Assembly (NCBI GenBank): GCA_951406725.2
Contig: OX597822.1
Span: forward strand, 84,196,001 to 84,260,000
Length of the DNA: 64,000 nucleotides
Source: Octopus vulgaris
Lineage: Eukaryota
Direction of reading: 5' to 3'
The notes under the pieces were generated by a model that was not told the DNA's origin, made no database searches, and saw only the letters and a list, made by a program, of their open reading frames with translations. Every line of letters begins with the position of its first letter. The first letter of the stretch is position 1. Position numbers and translations under genes: made by a program. Positions 53,086 to 64,000 of the stretch are shown here, in pieces.

Positions 53086-54333
53086 CTGATATGCAGGACA
53101 AACTTTTAACTGCTCCACTACAATATCAAGGCACGTCAGCAGAGAGGACCAGCAGAAATGCCTCGGAAAGTTTTCAAGTTTTCCCTCTGTGACATTGGTT
53201 CCGAGACACCAATGTCCTGGTCGGCAACTTTTCAGAGACTGCCTCGTCGTATTATGGGAAATGGCGTTTTCCAATAAGCGAAACGTAAAGGGGTTTGCAT
53301 AAGAAACACCTCCGGGATACATCGATAGATTACATAAATCGTAGAGGTCTACTTCAGTTGAACAGAGAGGATTTGATTGTTCGTTACTATTGCTCCTGTT
53401 GCTGCTCTTGTTCGACGCTGCTGACTCAGTGGTACTTGATGATCCTAGCTTTTGGCTGCTGACAAAAGCCGAAGAACCCTGATACGTAGCATTAGAATTA
53501 GCAATAACAGATGAATTCAAAGACGTTTGTTGTTGCTGTTGTTGTTCTCCTGTTTGATATTGCTGCTGCTGCCACTGCTGCTGCTGTTGCTGCTGTTCTT
53601 GTTGTGTTTGTTCCTGCGTTTCTAATCCTACTCTTTGATATTCCCCTTGCTTTTGTTGCTGTTCTTGCCAGTCTTGTTGAAGTTGTTTTGGCACCAGTAC
53701 TTGTCCTACTCTTTCTCTTCCCCCTTCATTTCCTTCTTGCATATTATCGTTTGAGAAATTCTTTCTTTCTAACGTCCTGTCAGTTGGTGAAGTCGTCCTA
53801 TCGGTGATCATGTAATACCATGTCGAAGGCGATACCGTCCCTGACGTGGATATATCTTCATCGTCCCCAGAGCCGCTTTCGTTGTCGTTGTCGTATTTGT
53901 AATCATAGCTGTCGCTCGTGTCAACTTCGTCATCGTCGAAGTTATACCATGGCGAAGGTGGTACCGTCTCTAACCTGGACACGTCACCATCGGCCTCAGA
54001 GCCGTATTCAGAGGGGCTTTCATTACTGTTGTCATCGCGAGCGTAGCCATTGTTGTCATCATCATTGTCATCGTCGAAGTTATACCATGACGAAGGCGGT
54101 ACCGTCTCTAACCTGGACACGTCACCATCGGCCTCATTACCATTGTCATCGCTAGCGTAGCCATTGTCGTCATCATCGAAGTTATCAGCGAATAAATCAT
54201 ACAAAGACTGGAGATTATCCTTCAGATCCCGTCGCTTTAGATTGGTGAGTTGTTCTGGTTTTACTAACTGAACACTTATAACGATTAACAAGACTATGAA
54301 CAAAGTCTGAAGTCGTTTTACAGATGAAGCCAT
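53086..54333 (-). CDS. Coding exon 1 (416 aa) of an uncharacterised type I membrane glycoprotein: signal peptide, acidic repeats, polyQ, start of Cys-rich domain
   Basis: Long non-microsatellite ORF. ATG at 54333 in good context (aaatATGG). Hydrophobic N-terminus MASSVKRLQTLFIVLLIVISVQLVKP. Ends ...KVCPAYQ at a consensus donor CAG|GTGAGT (phase 0). Confidence 0.88.
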
Positions 54334-54618
54334 ATTTCTCTTGGTGTTGTCCGTAAACACAAGCTTCCAAGTGAACAGTAGAGGAACTTATGCAATATAT
54401 ATTATATATCTTATATAAGTTTATAATATAGATTTAATGTGTACCTGTGTATGTGTGTGTGTACGTGTGTTTATGTAAGTATGACTGTATATGAGTAACT
54501 ATATGAATATGTCGATATCTATGTAAGATGCTCCAATTTGTTTGGTTTTCTCGTGGTGGGCGCGGTTCTCATATATCTCTCATATAATTACTGATTTGCT
54601 GGAAGTGTTTTCTTTGCT

Positions 54619-54673
<55 letters not shown>

Positions 54674-55472
54674 CAGCAGCAGCAACAGCAGTGGTTCTGG
54701 TAGTAGTTGTGGTGGTGATGCTGGTGATGCTGGCGGTGCTGGGGTACTGGTGTTGGTGGTGCTGGTGGTGAAACGTCTATTGTTTTATTTTGCTTATTTC
54801 ATTTCGTTTCTGCTTTTTTCTAAAAAATTTTTGTTGTTTTCGCTTTATTATTATTTTTTTTTTTTTTTTTGCCTTTGTTGTTTTATTTTGTTAATGAATA
54901 ATTGGGGCCAAAGTTCTAATTCTGGACTCTTCTAATACTGGAGTAAAGTTAGTATTGTCTGTATCTAATGCTGTTGTTGTTATTGTTGTTGTTGTGGTTG
55001 TTGTTTTTATTTTGAAGACTTTCCAGAGTCTTCCAGTTCTGTCGTTTTTGGTATCCCGTGACTGCAACTGTTATGGTGGTCGTTGTTCTTGTTACAGTAG
55101 CTGCTGTCGCTGCTCTTGTCGCTCTACTTGTAATTAATGCTGCTGCTGCTGCTGCTGCTGTTTCTGACCACGTTGAGGACGATGATGATGATGATGATGA
55201 TACTGGTGCTGGTATTGTTCTTGTTGTTGTTGCTAACGTCGCTTCAGTTGATGTCATCAGCATATACAGCATCAATTTCCTTTATTTAATTCCACACATT
55301 TCTACTGTTACGACTGTTTCTTATTCTTCTTCCCGTTGTTGTTGCTGTCACTCTTGTACTATATCTGCTAATCCTCGTTATCAAAGCTGCTAATCCTGAT
55401 AATCGTGCGATTTTCCAAGTTTTCTTTTTCTTTTCTTATTTCACTAATACTAATCACCTCCAAAAAATTATT

Positions 55473-55537
<65 letters not shown>

Positions 55538-56329
55538 AATCAATTAACTTTTCGCTTAATAAAATTTTTAAAAAACCTTTGTGAAGAAAACTGAACTTTT
55601 TTCGTTAATTTCGATTGGAACAACGTCCTTAGCTGCTAATGATTCGTAGAATTAAATCTGAAGGAGGAAGCGCTAATGTTACTACATATATCGTTGAAGA
55701 TAGATGTAATAACATTTAAATACATCTGCTTTGGTGGTGTGTGTAAATAAAGACATGTCCTTGTGCGCATGTACAAAAGTTATGACGTTGCTCGAAATAG
55801 TATTTCTTTTCTTTACTTCTTTTCCTTTCTTTTTTTCTCTTTCAATACTACAGGCCGGTTCCGAACGAGTCAAAATAAATAAAGGATAAAGTAGAATAAA
55901 AACAAAATAGAAACAGAATAACTGTGATTGATTTAATGTAAAGTTCTGTTTGTTTAAAGTTGCTTTCTCTTTACCTTCGTTTATCTCTCTCTATCTCTCT
56001 CCCTCTTCCCCTTCTCTCTGTATCTCTCTCTCTCTCTTTCTCTCTTTCTCGAACTTTTTCTCATGTACACATACTCTCAAATACACACACAAACACTTAC
56101 GCACGCGCGTGTGTGTATAAAATATCCTAAAAATGCATGCATTCGTTGAATGATTATAAAGTCGGTGTTTATTAAAATACACTTCGTTTTCAAAATATAA
56201 CATACAGACAGATTTCAATTTTTAATAAACGCCTGTTTTCAAACTGATGACCGTCCTGGTCCAGTTTGTGCTGATAACGCGAAACAATAGAATCGCAAAC
56301 ATCAAGAAACTTTTTTGTGTGTGTGCACA

Positions 56330-57080
56330 TTTTCGTCGATTGCTGCTGGTTGTGTACCGCAAACTGCTGGTTGTGGTCTTTGATCTGGTGAACGCTACGG
56401 GTATTCTACTAAACGTTTTCGTCTAATCCACCTGTAGGGCAAAAATCTCATCAAGATAGACCATTACATTATTGAGGTAGTGTGAGGGTACTCTGTCTTG
56501 CTGAACATTAAATTCCACAACTTCAAAGTCCTCGTGAATGTTTGGCATGACAAATTTTCAAGTAGATGGAACTAGTCACTGTACCTTCAAAACAGAATGG
56601 TCCAGTTAATCCTTTTTATGATAAGTCGCTACATACTTGTAACTTCTGCTAAATTAATGCTCAATTCTAATATGCGGGTTTTCATGTCCTCGGTATCAAC
56701 ATTCATGGTGCTCAATGAGCCATTATTACATTCAATTGTAGCTTTATCACTCCAAATAATCTGTGTTGGAGAGAGTACATCTTCTACATATCTTGCCAAG
56801 TACAACTCGCAAAACTCCACTCTTCGGTCCGGATGATCATCATTAAGATCAAGGACTATTTTTGGAATGTAACTTTTCCAAAGACACCATTTAAAAATGC
56901 AGCGGGCGTTGATTTTGAAATTCCCATCTCAAGACGCGCTAACCGCACAGATCTTCTTGAACTCTGGCAATACGTTTCTAGCATCCATTCTTACTTTGCG
57001 GAGCTCATGAAAACCCGCCGTCTGCTTCAAACTTATCTCTAACTCAGATAATAGTATCTCGCGCTGAGGGATCTATTTGA
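56330..57080 (-). pseudogene. Decayed Tc1-family (DD37E-like) transposase
   Basis: MEFCELYL..IIWSDKAT..NG, FQQDRVPSHY, and a residual YP.RSPDL-like motif near 56385-56405. Confidence 0.65.
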
Positions 57081-57178
57081 CACTCCCCATGACTTTGCGC
57101 TTCGATGTAATTTTGAAACTTGAAGCAGTACATTAATCTGAATTTCCTTTGTTCAAAGCTTAGCTGCTTCCTCCACAC

Positions 57179-57250
<72 letters not shown>

Positions 57251-58410
57251 TTTTTATCGTTTATCTTTCTGGAATCGATAAAGATAGTATAAGTCAAATA
57301 AATACTTCTGAGATCGATTATATTGCCTAAATCACTCACCAAAAATCTGTTGCCTTGCATCTGTACAAGAAAACATTATCAATATTTTTGCTTTCAATAT
57401 AGGTCATTAACCCATTATGTTATAGAAGCATCACTGACGTCTGTTAATGTTACGCATATAAATAACAACTACAGAGGCTCCATTTTTGACGCATTATAGA
57501 TGAAACGAACTGTAAGGTAAGGGTATCGATGTCTTTGTGCCGCCGCTCCAACTCAAGCCTGATTGGGCAATCTTGTGGCTTAGAGATTATCGGCTAAGCG
57601 ATGTAATGTGATCCACATATCAATCTTCTGTCTAGCTAAGGACCATAATACACACTCCTACATAACAGTGGTGAATTGTACAGTGTATCGCGCTTCAGCT
57701 TGGACATATGGTACTTTCTCCTTGTCCTGTATATTCCTGTGTGCTTGTAAGAACCTTGGGTAAGATACAGCCGATGCGTAAAAAGGTAGAAATAGATGGA
57801 ATGTAACAGTTATTATTCATCTGCAATTATCACCGATTGTGGGTAAGATAGCAAAGTCTGTGGAGTCAATAAGGCTATTATTTTTCGGTTATTTCTTAGC
57901 ATAAGTTTACCTTATACTCGAACAGAAGAAACGAGGTGTGGTTGTTTAGCGGTGACTTTTCAGACAAGGGCATGAATTAAGCCTACTGCGAAAAAAGATC
58001 AAATCCCACGCGGCTCTAGGGGATTTTTAAAATCTATATATGTAAAACATAGGATGTGTGTCTATATGTGTGTTTGTCGTCTCGTTATAACTCGAGATTC
58101 GCACAACCGATTTTAATGACATTTTATACATGGGCCATGTGCGTGTGTGGCTAGGTAAAGGCACAACAAACACATTCACCTATTCTCCAGAAGTTCCCTG
58201 TTGATGTTTCCAGTTTCCAATCCTGCACAATGCAGCATGGTCCGGCAGCATGTCTGATTTCTATGTCATCCATGTCTGAACTACATAATGCAAAATGTTC
58301 ATACAGCCATTTGAGTTTGACCGCGTGACCACTTCCGGAAGCTACGCTCGCCACCTACAATTAGTCCCCCCTTCTGTGTTTTCTCCCCCGTTTAGTCGGA
58401 CGAGTAAATA

Positions 58411-58859
58411 CAGGGTGTCCCAGAATTAATGATGATTTGAGTGAAATTGGATGCATTTTTTTAAAAACTCACTTTTATTTATGTTTATCATGTTTCATAT
58501 GTATCAAAAGTGTATAAATTTTGAATTTTGTTTATAATTTTATTTTCATTCCTGTTGGACCCCTCTTATTTGTCCATGACAGTTTTTTTGGGGTTTTTTT
58601 CAGTTTGGCAGCAATCATTTTCTTTACCTTTAGCCTCAAGATGGAGCAATCGTTTAGCTGAGCTTAAAGAACTCCTGGAATGCTTCAAAACGTGTCTCAC
58701 AATGCTAAGGAGAGACAGGCATGTTGAAAATTTTCAATAAAAGTTTGACGTAAGATTTATAAATCTATTTGTTTTTGTAATAAACATAAAATTCTGTCAG
58801 TTTCTTTTTTAAATTTGCCCAATTTCATTGAAACAGATAGTTAATTCTGGAACACCTTG
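58411..58859. mobile_element. Tc1-type MITE
   Basis: TIRs cagggtgtcccagaattaa / ttaattctggaacaccttg with TA on both sides. Confidence 0.75.
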
Positions 58860-59427
58860 TATGGTGTAGAGTTGTTGTTGCATTACTCGAGTAAATATTA
58901 AAATCAAAGGTCTGCTCGCCGTAAACATCCCATCTTTCTGTTAAGCATATTGTATCATGGAGTATATTACACTAAGAAACCGCGAAGCTTTCTCAACACA
59001 TCCAGCTTCTGTTACCAAGTTTTCGTTACCTTAATGGAATGTGCGACTTAGAGACCTAACGGCGCTAGTCACCGGGCATAGTGTAGTGCGATTGACAGGT
59101 AGGAACCACCAAAATATTGGCAGAGCACAAAGAAAAATATATTCTGTCTGTTAACGTCCTCGAAGTCTTAGGAAACTGACGGTGAACTGTGTTAGCAAGA
59201 ATTATGAGTTTGGCTGAATTCTTGTGTAGAGTTCATGAGTTTGGTTGAATTCTTGTGTGGTATTAAGAATAGGAATCTAGGACCCTAAGGTGAACTTGAC
59301 CTAAATTAATTTTGATTTTCATACTTTGGAGTAGAAATTGTATCCTTACTTGAACGGAAACAATAAGTTATTATGAATGAAAACATGGGGGAAAAGAAAG
59401 AAAAAGACAGACAGAGAGAATAAGGAA

Positions 59428-59475
<48 letters not shown>

Positions 59476-59926
59476 ACGAAAGAAAGAAAGAAAGAAAGTT
59501 CTAGCAAAGGTTTCCAAGTAGCCGACTGACATAGGCTTTGCTCTAATAAATTACTGATACCGCCACCTGGAGTAAACTGCATCCACCCGCCTCCTTCCCT
59601 GAACTACCGACCTGTAACAGCCGGCTGATAAGCAAGATTTCATGAGAGCGCGTCGTGATTCAGTTAGAGAGTTCGTCCACCAAATGACATTGTCCTCTTG
59701 TTCGTTTAAGGTAACATGTGGTGTGGCGGTGCCTGTGCAATATATTGAATTATCAGATAATTGATTTCTTATACTCACTTTTGTCCCAGATTTTCATTTT
59801 TATTTATTTAACTTTAATGATATCTGTGAAAAAATACAACATTTAAACGCCTTTATGAGTCATGCACAAAAGTAAAAATAACTCTCTATGACTTCTATCT
59901 CTCTCCCTCCCGCTCTCTCTCTCTCT

Positions 59927-59997
<71 letters not shown>

Positions 59998-60398
59998 TCA
60001 TATACATATGTACAGATAGGCGCAGGAGTGGCTGTGTAGCTTGCTTACCAACCACATGGTTCCGAGTTCAGTCCCACTGCGTGGCACCTTGGGCAAATGT
60101 CCTCTACTATAGCCTCGGGCCGACCAAAGCTTTGTGTGGATTTGGTACACAGAAATTGGGAGCAGCCGTCGTGTGTGTGTGTGTGTGTGTGTGTGTGTTC
60201 CCCCACCATCGCTTGACAACCGATGCTGGTGTGTTTACGTCCCCGTAACTTAGCGGTTCGGCAAAAGAGACCGATAGAATAAGTAATAGGCTTACAAAGA
60301 ATAATTCCTGGGCTGAATTAGTTCGACTAAAGGTGGCGCACCAGCATGGCCACAGTCAAGTGACTGAAACAAATAAAAGAATAAAAGAAAATATACAG

Positions 60399-60469
<71 letters not shown>

Positions 60470-60990
60470 TTCTTTTACTTGTTTTAATCATTAGGTTACG
60501 GCCATGCCAGGGCACCGCATTAGAAAATTTTTAGTTGAATGAATCGATCCCAGTACTTCTTTTGAAGCGTGTTATTTATTCTAATCGCCTCTTTTGACGA
60601 ACCGAGACTGATACATACATATATACACACGTATACGCATATATATAGATAGATGGCCGTTGACTACACATCAGTTCCTCGGCCCTTTAGCGGGTCTTTC
60701 GTTCCGCAGGATGTCCAAGAACGACCCTCCTTGCCAGTTTACGAGCTGACAACCCGACCATATGATTGGTTTACTGAGTTACATGTCAACAGTAGCGCTC
60801 AAAAGCGATCTGACATCTGACATGTGTGTGTATCTGCGTGTGTGTGTGTGTGTGTGTACAACAAAAGTATATGGAAATATTCATTCATACACACACACAC
60901 ACACACACACAAAATGCACATCTGGTTTTGAATTTCTTTGTATAAGTTTCTAAGTGTTTTCCTGCAGAAAAGAGCTTCATTGATGGATAT

Positions 60991-61061
<71 letters not shown>

Positions 61062-61062
61062 T

Positions 61063-61097
<35 letters not shown>

Positions 61098-61113
61098 AAA
61101 AAATATGCAAGTA

Positions 61114-61172
<59 letters not shown>

Positions 61173-61864
61173 AGAGAGAGAGACCTTTTTGTAGGAAATA
61201 CACAAGCTCGTACTAAGCAATCTCAAAACCAGATGTGATTAAACTTACTTCAGAGTTTCTATAAAACGCAATGCAATTTGCAAATAAGCCCCCAGCAAGT
61301 CAAAAACGTTACACGAGAGAGAAAACAATATATTTTTCCATGAACTTTAAATAAAATTGAGCAAAACAAAGCAATGCACAAAATATGATTCAAACGAATT
61401 ACAACTTTTCCACATATTTACATATATGCCAAAAGTACAAAATTTACAGATGAATTCAAATGTATGAAACGATGAAGCCGGTGACATTTTATGAACTGCA
61501 GTGTTACAAAAAGTTCATCTTACAACAAAGCTGTTTAAGTTTCAGGCTTTTATTTTCTGGGGCAATGAAAAGGTTTTCAATATATATAAGTATATACCTA
61601 AACCTAAATATATTCGTTCACCTGTGTGCTGGAAGTACATGGAGAATTACATGGTTGGTTTGATGTAAGATACAAATGGTAGCCTTGATCTGGCGGTTGA
61701 ACGATTAATGGTAAACAAAAAAATATCCAAACCAGGAAAAAAATTCCAAACCAACTGATATGTATGGTCGGGTGAAGAACCTGGCAAACGAAACTGCGAT
61801 TGGAGATAAATGATACAAATTTATTGTCTGTCTGTGTGTGTATATGTATATATATATATATATT

Positions 61865-61929
<65 letters not shown>

Positions 61930-61931
<2 letters not shown>

Positions 61932-62600
61932 GGTGCGATAGGTAAATTGTCGCTATTTTATATTTTCACTTTCGTGCATGTGCATTGTTTGTTTTTGATT
62001 TTGTCGACTACACAGTATAGTAGGGTCCGTTGGGCAGCGTTTGTGAGAAAAACACCACCTTGACGCAATTCAGCCTGCCAGAAATTTGGAAACGACATGC
62101 TGTGCTGCTTGGCATTTGCATCGGAAGCTCCAATACGAATATTTCAGAGTGTTTGGATGTCCAATACGAATATTTCAGAGTGTTTGAGGGCAGTGTAATC
62201 TGAGGACGTGTACCGAGAGGGATAAAAATCAAACATCCGGTCAACATCATGGTGTTTGGAGTGATGACTGTGACAATTTCTGCAACCACATCGTCCCTAA
62301 CATCTGGCCACCTAACTCCCCAGGCTGCAACCCTCTTGATTATTATGTGTGGGGCGCAGTTGAATGAGAGACCAACAAAACTTCCAACACTAAAGATGAA
62401 CTGAAGGCAAGGATTATTGCAGAATTCGCCAACTTAAACAAGAAAACCGTCCAGAAGAGTTGCAGGAGATTCCGAAGTCGTCTGGAGGCTGTAATTGAAG
62501 CCAATGGCGATTTTATTGAATAAATTTACTCTTTAGTATTTCAAGATATTTTTATGTAATTTTGATAAATATTTCTGTTAAAATGAGATATCAGTATTCC
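61930..62600 (+). mobile_element. Internally deleted maT/Tc1-type transposon remnant
   Basis: ta-cagggtgcgatagg left end. KHPVNIMVFGV, WPPNSPGCNPLDYYVWGAV, EANGDFIE*. Confidence 0.8.
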
Positions 62601-62752
62601 AAATTCACTCACACGTTTTTGGTCGACCCGAGGCTATAGTAGGAGACACTTGCCTAAGGTGTCACGCGAGGGGACTGAACCCGGAACCATGTGGCTAGAA
62701 AGCAAACTTCTCACCACATAGTCACGCCTGCGCTTAGAAATTCGTGCGCCTA

Positions 62753-63571
62753 CAGAGAGGAAAATTTTATCTGTGATAGAACGGAAAATATACGAACAGT
62801 TTATAAGTTCATATGCGGTGAGATTTGCGAATGATTCGCATCTAGGCATTATGCATTCATACAAGCTTCTAGCACATGTCTACACACGCAACACCTCAAG
62901 ATATGTCTTGTATCCCACGCTTGCGCTTACATCAGCTTTCAGGGTCAGATATAATTATTACATACGAAGTTACGCGATTCTAAAATTTAAAGGGAGAAAT
63001 GAATTACGTTAAACTTGAGAGACGTTGAGCATACTTCTGCAGGCTTGTGGCGACGAGGCAGTGGGGGATAGGCAATGTTTCGAGTGGGACGGGCACTTCA
63101 AAAGTGAAGGAATTCGTCCCAAACTAGGCTGACAAATGCTCGATGCACAGTTCGACATTTCTGGGAGTGACACTTGTGAGTCTTCCAGATAGCTCATCTC
63201 TCAGATCTTCCAGGGATTTTTTCCGCTCCTGAAGTGCCTGTGCCTACCCACCACTGCCTCGTCGTCATAGGCCTGCCGAAGCATGCTCAACATCTCTCTA
63301 GCAGACTTCCCAAGTTTAACGCAATTCCTTTCTCCATTTAAATTTTAGAATCGCGTAACTTCGTACGTAATAATTATATCTGACCCTGAAAGCTGATGTA
63401 AGCGCAAGCGTAGGATACAAGACATATCTTGAGGTGTTGTGTGTGTGAACGTGTGCTAGAAGCTTGTATGAATGCATAATGCCTCGATAAGAATCATTTG
63501 TATAACTCACTGCATATTATAAACTGTTCGAATACTTTCCGTTCTATCACTAACATAAGTTTTCCTCTCTG
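62753..63571. mobile_element. Foldback made of two inverted mariner 5' portions
   Basis: Arms of ~330-350 bp (62753-~63100 vs ~63225-63571). The inner parts encode a mariner N-terminal HTH (CVKLGKSAREMLSMLRQAYDDEAV..HFRSGKKSLED). Confidence 0.8.
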
Positions 63572-64000
63572 CAGGAAATGAATATGCGTGGCAAATGGCT
63601 TCAACTTTTAGCGCAAGGCCAGCGCTTTTAAGGGAGGGAGTCAGCCTGCTGCATCGACTCCAGTGTTCAACTGGTACGTGTTTTTTCGACATCGAAATGA
63701 TAAAAGGGGAAGATCTGCCTTTTATTTGAAACCAGAACGTAAAAGCCAAATGAAATATTGCTAAGCATTTTGTTCGACTCGCTAACAATCCTATCAGCTC
63801 GCCACCGCCATAATGCCTTGATACAGAATGGATGGTAAAATGGGAAGCTTAAATCATTGGGGAGAACTTTTGGAATCTTACTCAAAAGACGATGAAATGC
63901 AAACATGGCTGTGCATTGAAGTTCACTTTCCTTGGCGTCTTCAGGGATTCGAATAATTTTAATGATTATTGATGAAAATAAAGATAAAGATTAATATGAA

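Noticed and set aside
56235-56290. CTGATGA...GAAA hammerhead-like spacing
   Set aside because: Stems I and II cannot be formed convincingly.

Overview
Eukaryotic, AT-rich DNA saturated with microsatellites and SINEs. The repeat content looks like a coleoid cephalopod (Octopus-like); this is an inference. Most entries in the ORF track are microsatellite artefacts. Real content: (1) One spliced host gene on the minus strand, assembled by eye from six coding exons with matching phases and GT/AG ends (54333->21747, ~637 aa). It is a type I membrane glycoprotein of a family I do not recognise: signal peptide, acidic Tyr/Trp tandem repeats, an SGSG site, polyQ, a 14-Cys domain, a Thr-rich stalk, a TM helix and a GYSKL tail. 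(2) A young, nearly intact Penelope-like retroelement (6960-11372) with ORF1, RT and GIY-YIG endonuclease, ~142-bp direct repeats and a minimal type I hammerhead ribozyme, inserted in (TA)n. (3) Several other hammerhead-bearing Penelope-type ends, mostly as back-to-back palindromes in (TA)n. (4) An intronic array of five fixed-spacing ATTGG-N10-GATGACGTC modules followed by a TATA box. (5) Decayed Tc1/mariner elements including a foldback, R4/Dong-like LINE ends, a Helentron-type MITE, many tRNA-derived SINEs and minisatellites. Everything was read by eye, so repeat boundaries are approximate.
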